A stretch of 32,000 nucleotides of DNA from Candidatus Heimdallarchaeota archaeon B3_Heim (GCA_003144275.1 NJBF01000025.1:30001-62000), one strand, 5' to 3'; positions 9,236-18,292 are shown, counted from the first letter of the stretch. Notes: generated by a model from the sequence alone, not told the origin. Numbers and translations are program-made.

Positions 9236-10960
9236 TTGGAACTTGGGACGATGTTACAAAGAGACAGAAGTCAGCTAGAGCGATTGGTAATTCGAATAGC
9301 TAATTTTACCTCGAAACCACGAGTTAATACCGCTTGGTACTCTTTTGTTGTTTTTTTCTTCGTCCTTTTAGTTCTTTTACCCACTATATTTGTTCTTGGA
9401 TATGTCATCCTTGAATTTACCGCTATTCAAAATTCAGTATTCTCTAATCAGGAAATTCAGTCCCAGATATTATCAGCATTATTTTATTCAATTTCCGTTT
9501 CAATAATTGTTTCTATATTTGATTTGATCTTTGGTCTTCCAATTGCTTGGACGCTGGTCCGTAAAGAATTTCGATTCAAATCGTTATTGAATAGTTTTAT
9601 TGAGTTACCATTAGCAGTTCCTACTGCTGGTTTAGGATTTTCCGTTGCATTATTTTGGGGAGTTACACCAGGTGTGGAATCGCCAATATTCGCTGTTCAA
9701 TTCATCAGAAATGCACTGCCCATGCTCATCTTATTTCACTTCACTACAACTTTCCCTTACGTTGTAAGATCATTAACTGCAATTTTGGAGGAAATTGACG
9801 TCACTCTAGAGGTAGCTGCACGTACCTGTGGAGCTAGTAAGTTTACAGCTGCACGTACTGTTACATTGCCTATGTTTCGGTCTGGTGTGGCTACTGCAAT
9901 GGTTTTGAGCCTAGCTAAGAGCTTATCAGATACAGGAGGAGTGGTTGTTCTCTTATCTACAATCGGGAGTGCAGCCCGGACTGGAACAACTTTAATTAGT
10001 GATTGGAAACGTGCTCATCAGGATCCTGAGATGATTCCTTTCGAAGGAATTCCTTATGATTCGTTACTCCCGAGTATGGCATTCCTTGCAGCAATCATGA
10101 TTGGAATAGCAATTACTTTAGTGTTTGTGGCAAAAATTATAGCGAAAAAAGCACAACTACCGTTCCGAAAGGTGTACCCATCATTTGAATGGGCGGTTAG
10201 TGAAGGGAAAGCTCCACAGATGCGTCAAATTATCGCTTTTGGTTTTTTAATACTCTTTGTGATTATACCGTCCTTTTTCTTAGTAGCATATTTAATTCAA
10301 GGAGCCTCATTGGCAGCACTAGCTTCAGCTAATTGGGAATTATTCGGACAAAGCATTTTCATGACCGTTTTGGTTGCTAGTGTTGCTACAGTTGTTAACG
10401 TGGTTCTAGGAGTACCAATGGCAATTTTAATTGCAAGAAAATCCCATACATTCTCCCGATTTCTTGATGCACTGGTTGATATTCCCTATGTTGTGCCTAG
10501 TTCTGCACTTGGGTTTTCAGTTGGTTTATTTTGGGCATTTCAACCTGTGATACCTGTTAATGAACTATTTTTTGTAATCATGGCACATATCAGTATGACG
10601 TTCCCTTTTATTGTTAGAAATACAGTTGGAGGGTTGGAGGAGTTGGATACTGCGTATGAAGATGTGGCACGAACATTAGGTGCGAAACCTATGCAGACAT
10701 TTCGAGAAATTACTTTTCCCGTCATTAAATTTTCAATAATCGCTGGTGCAATAATGTCGTTTACTCGAAGTGTAGGGGAAACTGGAGCTACTTTAGCTGT
10801 TTCTCCCACCTCAACAACTGCTCCTGTATTTATTGTCAACTTAATTAAAATAGACCAAAATTACTTTCTTGCTGCCTTGACCACTATAATATTGATATTG
10901 ATATCATCGATGCTAATCTTTACATTACGAGCCAGCATCTCCCGAGCAAAGCGTAAATAG
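9236..10960 (+). CDS. ABC importer permease, two fused type I membrane domains (ModB/CysTW/FbpB-like)
   Basis: Two repeats with IELPLAVPTAGLG / VDIPYVVPSSALG and EAA loops LEVAARTCGASKFTAARTVTLP / YEDVARTLGAKPMQTFREITFP. Confidence 0.92.
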   Translation: MELGTMLQRDRSQLERLVIRIANFTSKPRVNTAWYSFVVFFFVLLVLLPTIFVLGYVILEFTAIQNSVFSNQEIQSQILSALFYSISVSIIVSIFDLIFGLPIAWTLVRKEFRFKSLLNSFIELPLAVPTAGLGFSVALFWGVTPGVESPIFAVQFIRNALPMLILFHFTTTFPYVVRSLTAILEEIDVTLEVAARTCGASKFTAARTVTLPMFRSGVATAMVLSLAKSLSDTGGVVVLLSTIGSAARTGTTLISDWKRAHQDPEMIPFEGIPYDSLLPSMAFLAAIMIGIAITLVFVAKIIAKKAQLPFRKVYPSFEWAVSEGKAPQMRQIIAFGFLILFVIIPSFFLVAYLIQGASLAALASANWELFGQSIFMTVLVASVATVVNVVLGVPMAILIARKSHTFSRFLDALVDIPYVVPSSALGFSVGLFWAFQPVIPVNELFFVIMAHISMTFPFIVRNTVGGLEELDTAYEDVARTLGAKPMQTFREITFPVIKFSIIAGAIMSFTRSVGETGATLAVSPTSTTAPVFIVNLIKIDQNYFLAALTTIILILISSMLIFTLRASISRAKRK

Positions 10961-10972
10961 GATGAATGAATA

Positions 10973-12130
10973 ATGGAAAAGTCACACATAACCATCTCCA
11001 ATTTATCGAAACGCTTTGGTAAAAAAGAAGTACTCAAGGGAATTGATCTAACAATTGAGAAGGGAGAATATATCGTAATTTTGGGACCTACAGGAGCTGG
11101 AAAAACAACCCTTTTGAAAATCATTGCTGGACTTATACCACCTACGAAAGGACATATAATGGTTGATAATCAGGGTACTCGCCAAGATATTACTAGTTTA
11201 CCTCCTGAATCCAGAAATTTAGCCTATCTACCCCAAACATCTGATTACTCTTTATTTGCGTATAAAAACGTCTGGTCTAATGCAATCTTTTCTCTGAAAA
11301 TGAAAGGTGAAAAATCACTTCCAGAAATAAATACAATTGGAAACGAGGTTTTAGATCTAGTTAACTTACGTCATAGATACAATGCGTTACCGCATGAACT
11401 AAGTGGTGGTATGAAGCAGAGAGTGGCACTCGCACGAGCAATTGCAACTGATGCAAGCATTTTTCTTCTGGATGAACCTCTTAGGGCATTAGATGCACGA
11501 TTGAGGATAATTTTACGTACTGAAATTAAGAAATTAGTGACCGACTTGGATAAAACTACCTTTCATGTCACACATGATCAGGAGGAGGCGTTAGCGGTGG
11601 CTGATCGTATTTTAATTCTGAATGAAGGACGTATCATTCAATTTGGAACTCCTCAAGAAATATACCAGCGTCCTAATACTATATTTTCCGCATACTTCTT
11701 TGGAGTCACCAATTTAATACCTGTGAGTTTGAAAGAAGTACAAGAAGAGAAGGTTTTATTTTCCATTGGAAAACACACTATTACAGGTTTAACGACATAT
11801 CGTGGAACATCAGAAACACCTGATGTTTCAAAAGATGAGTACGTGCTGGCAATAAAAGCTGATGGTATTACTGTCGTACCTGTAACTGAAACAAGAGAAG
11901 ATGGGCCTAATGAGTTCATAGGGACAATTAAGGACATGTACTTCTTGGGAAAGTGGAGTCATTTAATCATTAATATTGAAACGTTCCCCAAACAAATTGT
12001 AATTGCTATTCCCTCAACAGAAATGAAAGATTTTGAACTGGAATATGATGTAACAATAAAGATTGATCCAGAAGATATAATACATTATAATGAGCCTTGG
12101 GACAAAATTAAAAACCTGGAGGATGCTTGA
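10973..12130 (+). CDS. ABC importer ATP-binding subunit (CysA/PotA/MalK class, probable C-terminal TOBE-like extension)
   Basis: Walker A GPTGAGKTT, signature LSGGMKQR, Walker B IFLLDEP, H-loop VTHDQEEA. Confidence 0.95.
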   Translation: MEKSHITISNLSKRFGKKEVLKGIDLTIEKGEYIVILGPTGAGKTTLLKIIAGLIPPTKGHIMVDNQGTRQDITSLPPESRNLAYLPQTSDYSLFAYKNVWSNAIFSLKMKGEKSLPEINTIGNEVLDLVNLRHRYNALPHELSGGMKQRVALARAIATDASIFLLDEPLRALDARLRIILRTEIKKLVTDLDKTTFHVTHDQEEALAVADRILILNEGRIIQFGTPQEIYQRPNTIFSAYFFGVTNLIPVSLKEVQEEKVLFSIGKHTITGLTTYRGTSETPDVSKDEYVLAIKADGITVVPVTETREDGPNEFIGTIKDMYFLGKWSHLIINIETFPKQIVIAIPSTEMKDFELEYDVTIKIDPEDIIHYNEPWDKIKNLEDA

Positions 12131-13224
12131 TGCCAAACGTAGATATTACAAAGCTTGGAAAGAAATTTGGCCGTGTAGTTGCTCTATCAGGCGTCGACCT
12201 AGAGATAAAAGATGGAGAATACCTCGCAATTTTAGGTCCTTCAGGGTGTGGAAAAACGACCCTAGTTAATTGTCTTACGGGAATTGTGGATATCACTGAA
12301 GGGAAAATTAAGATTGATGGGAAAAATGTAGAAGGAATACCAATAGAAAAACGAGATTTCGCCATGGTATTTCAAAATATTGCGCTATTCCCCCATATGA
12401 CTGTGGCTGAAAATATTACCTATGCACCATTTGTTAACGACATTTCCCCATCAGAACTCAAAAAAGTAGAATCAGAAATGCTGAAACTGGTGGATTTACT
12501 TGAACAAAAAGATCTTTATCCACGTGCTCTGAGTGGGGGTGCTCAACAAAAGACAGCAGTGGCAAGAGCCCTTGCAACGCGTGAAAAACTCCTAATCCTT
12601 GATGAACCAATTAGTGCGTTGGATTATAAGGTTCGTGTAACATTAAGATATGCCATTCGTAAATTGGTTAAAGAATTAGGGTTAACAGCAATTCACATTA
12701 CCCATGACCAGGAAGAAGCTTGCTCAGTGGCTGATAGAATAGTTATTCTTCGTGCTGGCGAAATTGTTGAGATAGGTACTCCTCAAGAGCTATATAGTTC
12801 TCCTCAAACGCTCTTCACGTTGAATTTCCTTGGAGAGAGCAATTTTTTGGAAGGAGTCATAACCGAGATAACCTCTGATGGCTGGATTCATATTAGCTTT
12901 CGAAATAATCAATCCATTGGCTTACTGGACGATAATGTTGATTTTGAGGAAGGAGAAAGCGTAGTGGTTGCTTTTCGTCCCGAAAATGCTTTTATAAGTA
13001 AAAAATCCACAGAAAATTCTTTAATCGGAGATATCACGGGTAAACAATTTATCGGGGGTTATTTTAGATATACAATTATACTTCGAACTGATGATGAAAT
13101 ATTACTCGACTCTCAGCTCGATTTAGGATCACAAGGGAATGTTTTTATTCAGCTAAACCCTAAAGAGGCACGGATCTTTCGTGCACCTATTTATGGACTT
13201 AAGAAGGTGTTAACTCTTGAATGA
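12130..13224 (+). CDS. Second ABC importer ATP-binding subunit (same class)
   Basis: Walker A GPSGCGKTT, signature LSGGAQQK, Walker B LLILDEP, H-loop ITHDQEEA. The ATG at 12130 overlaps the upstream TGA (TGATG); the track starts at TTG 12127. Confidence 0.95.
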   Translation: MPNVDITKLGKKFGRVVALSGVDLEIKDGEYLAILGPSGCGKTTLVNCLTGIVDITEGKIKIDGKNVEGIPIEKRDFAMVFQNIALFPHMTVAENITYAPFVNDISPSELKKVESEMLKLVDLLEQKDLYPRALSGGAQQKTAVARALATREKLLILDEPISALDYKVRVTLRYAIRKLVKELGLTAIHITHDQEEACSVADRIVILRAGEIVEIGTPQELYSSPQTLFTLNFLGESNFLEGVITEITSDGWIHISFRNNQSIGLLDDNVDFEEGESVVVAFRPENAFISKKSTENSLIGDITGKQFIGGYFRYTIILRTDDEILLDSQLDLGSQGNVFIQLNPKEARIFRAPIYGLKKVLTLE

Positions 13225-13912
13225 AGGTAAAACTAGTTTACTACATTGGTTTAAAGAACGAAGAAATCAGATAATATTAAAAAGTCTAGATCAACATGCT
13301 GGAAAATTGGCTGATACTTGCACCGCAAGTTTGGACTTGCTTGATCTTTTAAGAACTCCCGATCAATCTAAAGCAGAAAATTTATATAATCGCGTAAGTA
13401 TACAGGAAAGGTCGGCAGATCATTTTCAAGATGATCTAGCAACGGAAATTGCACGAGGATTGTTTCCACCTGAAATACGTGAAAAATTGTTTCGTTTAAC
13501 TAGAGTAGCAGATTCTGTAGCTAATTGGATAAAAAGTGGAAGTAAGAATTTAGTTCTCCTTGTAAAATTAGATGTAGATACGTCAGAATTTGATCTGATA
13601 CTTGATTACATGACTGAACTAGTTAAGCTCACTCATGAAAGTGTCATTATATTTAGAAAAATGGTGAATGCGTTAGGAACCGACGATCAGCAAATTTTAG
13701 ATAACCGCCAAATAATTGAGGATAGGGAAAGGGAAGCGGATAATGTTCACTTTGCGGTAAGGGAAGAAATTCTAGCTATAAATGACAAGCAGGGATTCTC
13801 AGTACACTTCTTACTGATAGAATCAGCACGATGTCTTGAAAATGCCTCGGATTCAGTAACGAATGCTGCAGACATCCTGTATACAATTGTGATGTCAGGC
13901 ATTCCAACATAA
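13217..13912 (+). CDS. DUF47 / PhoU-like phosphate transport regulator family protein
   Basis: Two helical repeats with SIQERSADHF...LFPPEIREKLFRLTRVADSVAN and EDREREADNV...LENASDSVTNAAD. TTG start with AAGGTG upstream, overlapping the ATPase stop. Confidence 0.88.
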   Translation: MNEGKTSLLHWFKERRNQIILKSLDQHAGKLADTCTASLDLLDLLRTPDQSKAENLYNRVSIQERSADHFQDDLATEIARGLFPPEIREKLFRLTRVADSVANWIKSGSKNLVLLVKLDVDTSEFDLILDYMTELVKLTHESVIIFRKMVNALGTDDQQILDNRQIIEDREREADNVHFAVREEILAINDKQGFSVHFLLIESARCLENASDSVTNAADILYTIVMSGIPT

Positions 13913-13947
13913 GAAAAAATTAAAGAAATAAAGAAAAGAAGAAGTAT

Positions 13948-14412
13948 CTATGGGAGTTTATCATAGATCTTTTCTTCTTTGATAAGCACTTCAATATCTT
14001 CAATACCATCGAATTTACCTAATTCTGATACGAAATAATCTAGATCGTGCTTTGATTTGCTTAGGACTTCAAGGATAAAATTACTTTCTCCATTTGCACG
14101 GTAGAGGGCAAGTAGATCACAATTTACTCCTTGACAAATAAAGGGGAGATTATCCATTTGAGCGTAGGTTTCATAACTAGGTTCCATTTGAAATCGAATT
14201 ATTGCTTGTTTCTCGTAACCAAGGTTCACTGGATCGGTCACAACCCGAAAGCCTTGAATAACCCCTTTTTCTCGTAGTCGTCGAACTCGATTTCTAACTG
14301 TACCCTCTGTACGCCTAATCGATTTTGCAATTGTAGTAAATTTAGTTCTCCCATCTCGGTTTAATATTTCTAAGATTTCTCTGTCTATTTCATCATAAAT
14401 CATGTGTTTCAT
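13948..14412 (-). CDS. Lrp/AsnC family transcriptional regulator
   Basis: DEIDREILEILNRDGRTKFTTIAKSIRRTEGTVRNRVRRLREKGVIQGF HTH, followed by a RAM-like domain; 154 aa. Confidence 0.95.
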   Translation of the reverse strand: MKHMIYDEIDREILEILNRDGRTKFTTIAKSIRRTEGTVRNRVRRLREKGVIQGFRVVTDPVNLGYEKQAIIRFQMEPSYETYAQMDNLPFICQGVNCDLLALYRANGESNFILEVLSKSKHDLDYFVSELGKFDGIEDIEVLIKEEKIYDKLP

Positions 14413-14418
14413 CTCATT

Positions 14419-14451
14419 TCACAATTGTTAATACTTATGTAACTATTGTGA
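14419..14451. promoter_or_regulatory. Imperfect inverted repeat, candidate operator directly upstream of the Lrp gene
   Basis: TCACAATTGTTA-N9-TAACTATTGTGA, 11 of 12 bp complementary, 6 nt upstream of the start codon. Confidence 0.4.
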
Positions 14452-14506
14452 TTTTTTAATTTAAAAAGGTTTAGGAAAAACGTAGAGATTCGAGAATAGC
14501 AATCTT

Positions 14507-14537
14507 ACGAATATCGAAAGACCAACGAATATCGAAA
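14507..14537. repeat. Perfect 13-bp direct repeat with an 18-bp period
   Basis: ACGAATATCGAAA at 14507-14519 and 14525-14537 in the intergenic region. Confidence 0.8.
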
Positions 14538-14708
14538 TGAAGAAGAGAAAGAATAATACAATCATGAGATATTTTTGTCAAAAATCGATTCTACAAGCCT
14601 AGAAGGAGATAAAAATAAATTTAGTTATATACTGAAACTATTGAAGGGTTTATTTGAGTTTTTCACTTGAATAGGAAATTTTTCATTTTTTTTAACTGAT
14701 GAAAATTT

Positions 14709-16466
14709 CTATGGAAATGTATCCTTTTTTGCAGTTGAAACAGCAAAATTCTGGCCAAAGATCCGTTCTGTAGAATCTTCAAAAGAGGAATGACGTCTAG
14801 CTTTGAGATATTGATTCGTTCGCATAGCAAGGGATTTCCTTTGTAATGGTTCGAGATCTTCGCCTCGAGTTTTCCAATCTTCAATATGAGCATCTGGAGG
14901 AGCTTGGGCTAAAAGACCCACTGTCATATGTTGGTTTCCATCCATTTTGATAATATACTTTTCTTTAGCATCAGTTGTAAAGAATAGTTCTTCGATCAGA
15001 AAGTCTTCAACTTGAAATGCGTTTTGAAATAAATCAGTTAAATAAGGTTGAAGATTAGTAAGAAAAGTCATAATCGTTGATGCAAGGCCTAGGGATGGTT
15101 TTGAAAGAAACGTTGTTACATTAGATTTTAAATCTGTCTCGAAAATGCCTTCAATACTGTAATTTCCCTCTCGTAGAGTATCAAAGGTATCTACTATTTG
15201 AATATTACTAACTGCCTCAATAACCAAAGCTTGAGGTATAAAGGTTGCATCAGTTGCGAAAGAACCTCTTTTCAACAATCCTCGTGATGGTTTTTCTTGT
15301 ACAGAAACTTTAGGAGCCGACGGTGTTGGAGATTGCTGGTCTATTTCCTCTGATTTTCGAATCTTTCCCAGTAAACGACCAAAGAACCCTTTCTTCTTGA
15401 CGGGTGTTGCTTCTTTTCCTTGTAGTTTTGGTGTTGTCGGGGTGGCTGGACGAGGTTTGGATTTTTGATCACCCGAAAGAGTATTTTTCCAGGTACCTGC
15501 TTTTGATTCATCAAGCCCTCGTAAATGAAGTATTTGAGCAACATTTGCTGCATTCAGATCATCCGCAGGAGTTTTCATAATTAACATGGGGTTTGCGGGT
15601 GAAAAAGCATCCCGAACGAGCATAAAGTGTTCTAAGGTATTCAAAATTCGTCCTCGAAGCATCACAATGTCGCTATTAAGTATAGGTCTATTTAAAAATG
15701 ATGTGACTTTCTGAAATGGAGTTTGAAGCTTACTTACTTTTGTTCCTTCTCCTACATTCCATGATGAAATTAATGAAGCCTGTTTAGTATTAAAAAGAAG
15801 AAAAGCTTGGGTTTCATTCATATTTGCGATTGTAACACTCGAATTTTGTATTACAACGTGAAGAGCTTCATGTTCTTTAAGTAATTTCCAGATAGGAGCC
15901 AGTAAATCTGAATGTTTCTGATTATCAGATTGAATTTTCAGTGATTGAATTTCCTCATGGGGATATGTCCGTTTCAGGGCGGCTGATAAAAGAGCGAATT
16001 CCCAACCACAGGGACCTTTAGAAAGATAGTTACTCACTCTTTTCAGGTAAGGTGAAATGAAATAATCCTTCAATCGAATTAATGACACATCTCGAGGCAT
16101 ACCTCTTCCTCCCATGAACAAATCCTGAGATCTCATTTTTATTGCCGTTTTATAAGCAACATAGAACACATGCATTAATTTATCAGGTGATTTATTACGA
16201 GAGCGACCTGATTTGAATGCTTCAAATATAGAGCTATACCGATCTTCATCTGACGCTTCAGAGGGGACTTCTGATGCAGTGGTAATGAAATCCGCAACAA
16301 ATAAGGCACGAGCTCCTTCATCCTCAGTTAAACCCGCATTAGTTGCCAACGTGAGCAACTCTGGTGCCGCACTGGCATATCGACTTAACCGAACAGGCAC
16401 ATCGTATTCTCGCCCTAATTCAATTAGTAAAGAATCAAAAAATGGAAGATTTGGTATGCTTGACAT
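14709..16466 (-). CDS. Uncharacterised 585 aa protein with an internal amphipathic KKKGFFGRLLGKIRK motif in a Pro/Thr/Lys-rich linker
   Basis: Long ORF with GGTGA upstream of the ATG. No catalytic motif recognised. Confidence 0.85.
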   Translation of the reverse strand: MSSIPNLPFFDSLLIELGREYDVPVRLSRYASAAPELLTLATNAGLTEDEGARALFVADFITTASEVPSEASDEDRYSSIFEAFKSGRSRNKSPDKLMHVFYVAYKTAIKMRSQDLFMGGRGMPRDVSLIRLKDYFISPYLKRVSNYLSKGPCGWEFALLSAALKRTYPHEEIQSLKIQSDNQKHSDLLAPIWKLLKEHEALHVVIQNSSVTIANMNETQAFLLFNTKQASLISSWNVGEGTKVSKLQTPFQKVTSFLNRPILNSDIVMLRGRILNTLEHFMLVRDAFSPANPMLIMKTPADDLNAANVAQILHLRGLDESKAGTWKNTLSGDQKSKPRPATPTTPKLQGKEATPVKKKGFFGRLLGKIRKSEEIDQQSPTPSAPKVSVQEKPSRGLLKRGSFATDATFIPQALVIEAVSNIQIVDTFDTLREGNYSIEGIFETDLKSNVTTFLSKPSLGLASTIMTFLTNLQPYLTDLFQNAFQVEDFLIEELFFTTDAKEKYIIKMDGNQHMTVGLLAQAPPDAHIEDWKTRGEDLEPLQRKSLAMRTNQYLKARRHSSFEDSTERIFGQNFAVSTAKKDTFP

Positions 16467-16577
16467 ATAATCACCAAGTTTCAGTACTCGATCTTTCAGA
16501 GTTCGTTCTAAACTAAAACCTTTTGCTAATGAATAAACCTTATTTTTATAAAAAGGATGGCATTCTTGCTAAGAGCC

Positions 16578-17039
16578 TTACTTAAAACTCGTTTTTTGTT
16601 GATTTGATAAATACAGGAACGTCAGTGTCAGTGCTCCGCCAATTACTCCTCCATAGAACCCAACGTCGGGCCACCACGCATTATCTTCGATTATATTAAT
16701 CAAGGCAAAAATCATAAATACGCCTAATTGAATTCCGATGGCTGCAATTGCGGCAAAAATACCAAACCTAGAAAAAGAATCTTCTAAATTGTCCATTAGT
16801 CCGAGGTAAGAGACATAAGCACAAAATGCAAGTAAAGCTACTGCTACAAGTAGAATAGGTGTGACTAAAAGGTTGCTGGGACTAAAATCCAGATATATAC
16901 CTATCCATACAGTTACTTCTACATATTGATCCCACCAATACCACCCTGCAAAATCCCCAAATAATAATAATGCTGCTCCAATTACACTGGTAATTAAGGA
17001 ACCTACATACAGGTAATTTTGATTCATTGTTTCAGCCAA
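16578..17039 (-). CDS. Uncharacterised membrane protein, about 4 TM helices
   Basis: Four hydrophobic segments; TTG start preceded by GGTGA. Confidence 0.8.
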   Translation of the reverse strand: MAETMNQNYLYVGSLITSVIGAALLLFGDFAGWYWWDQYVEVTVWIGIYLDFSPSNLLVTPILLVAVALLAFCAYVSYLGLMDNLEDSFSRFGIFAAIAAIGIQLGVFMIFALINIIEDNAWWPDVGFYGGVIGGALTLTFLYLSNQQKTSFK

Positions 17040-17214
17040 GTTTTTTCACCAATTACGTATTCTAAAGGATATATTCCAATGTGATTTATCAATTTTTTAC
17101 TTCATCATTCAGAATAAGTAAGTCCGGGCCAAAAAAAAAGAGAATGATTTCGATGACAGATGTTTTTTAAGACCAATAAAAAGCTGTAATCTCAACCGAA
17201 AGTCTGACATAAAG

Positions 17215-17697
17215 GTGAAAACTGTGAGTAGACGAGTTTATGTAAAAGGAAAAAAGACGTATGCAAAAGGTCAAGCACCAGATCTGAGTAAATCAAACCG
17301 TTATCAAAATATAATCTCCTTAATGAGTATTCGAGTAGAGGATGTTCATGAAAGAAATCCAATGGATCGAACTGGTGAGTTTTACTTTGAAATCGGTGGA
17401 AAGGGTCTCCTTAAGCATGATTATCGCGTACCGTTCCATGGGGAAATTAAAATTAAAGAAAACTTAACCTACACTACAAAACAAGATTTTACACTCTGGC
17501 TTTCATTTGATGAAGCAGAGAAGGCGAAAACCCGTAGTATTCCCATCAAATTTCGTGAGAGGGACCCTACCAAGGATGACACAATCATAAAAACTGAAAT
17601 TCCCATAACCTTTGGCTCTGGATCAAAGTATGAAGTGATTAAAGGACCAGGTATATCTATAAAATTAAAAATCTCTAGTCATAAAACCCGATTCTAA
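17215..17697 (+). CDS. Uncharacterised beta-rich protein, possibly a C2-like domain
   Basis: 160 aa with alternating beta-strand patterns and acidic loops VEDVHERNPMD and RERDPTKDDTII. Confidence applies to the CDS; the fold is inferred. Confidence 0.75.
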   Translation: MKTVSRRVYVKGKKTYAKGQAPDLSKSNRYQNIISLMSIRVEDVHERNPMDRTGEFYFEIGGKGLLKHDYRVPFHGEIKIKENLTYTTKQDFTLWLSFDEAEKAKTRSIPIKFRERDPTKDDTIIKTEIPITFGSGSKYEVIKGPGISIKLKISSHKTRF

Positions 17698-17712
17698 GTT
17701 GGGGTTCTCTAT

Positions 17713-18285
17713 ATGTCCAAAAAGGATTCTAAATCTAAGAAAAGTTTTATGGATCGAATTAAAGACTCCAGCAAAGATTTTGTTAATGGAGTTAAGCAAG
17801 AATTCGATGAAGCAGGGAAATCACCACCTTCCAAAGAGAGGACAGCTTCCTATGTTGGAAGAAAAAGGGAAGAATTTCAGGACGCTGTCAATAGACGTGT
17901 GAGTGATACCAGTTCCCCTGAAGGAGTTTATTATTCTACAACCGCCTGGTTTTGGGCAATGTTCTTCGTTATAATTATTTGCCTCGCCCTTTTCTTCTCA
18001 GGATTTATGTATCCTCGACTATTCTTGGTGGGATTGCTTGCATTACTGGCAATGCCATTTTTAGTAATTTGGTGTTTAACCCATATGATTCCAACGCTTC
18101 GGATATTTGGAATTACGGTGTTTGATCGAAATCAACTTTCCTTACGAAGACAATTAACTGTTGGGAAAGAAATAGCACGATTTTTTACACGAGAGTTTTT
18201 GGAAGAATCTCCAATCTTCGCTTTCTTCTTGTTCATGTTTTTGCTAATCTTCATATTGTCTATTCTCTTTGCATTTGTTACTTAA
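17713..18285 (+). CDS. Uncharacterised membrane protein (charged N-terminal tail, about 3-4 TM)
   Basis: 190 aa with hydrophobic segments WFWAMFFVIIICLALFFSGFM, LFLVGLLALLAMPFLVIW and IFAFFLFMFLLIFILSILFAFV. Starts 15 nt after the upstream stop. Confidence 0.8.
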   Translation: MSKKDSKSKKSFMDRIKDSSKDFVNGVKQEFDEAGKSPPSKERTASYVGRKREEFQDAVNRRVSDTSSPEGVYYSTTAWFWAMFFVIIICLALFFSGFMYPRLFLVGLLALLAMPFLVIWCLTHMIPTLRIFGITVFDRNQLSLRRQLTVGKEIARFFTREFLEESPIFAFFLFMFLLIFILSILFAFVT

Positions 18286-18292
18286 ATAACTC

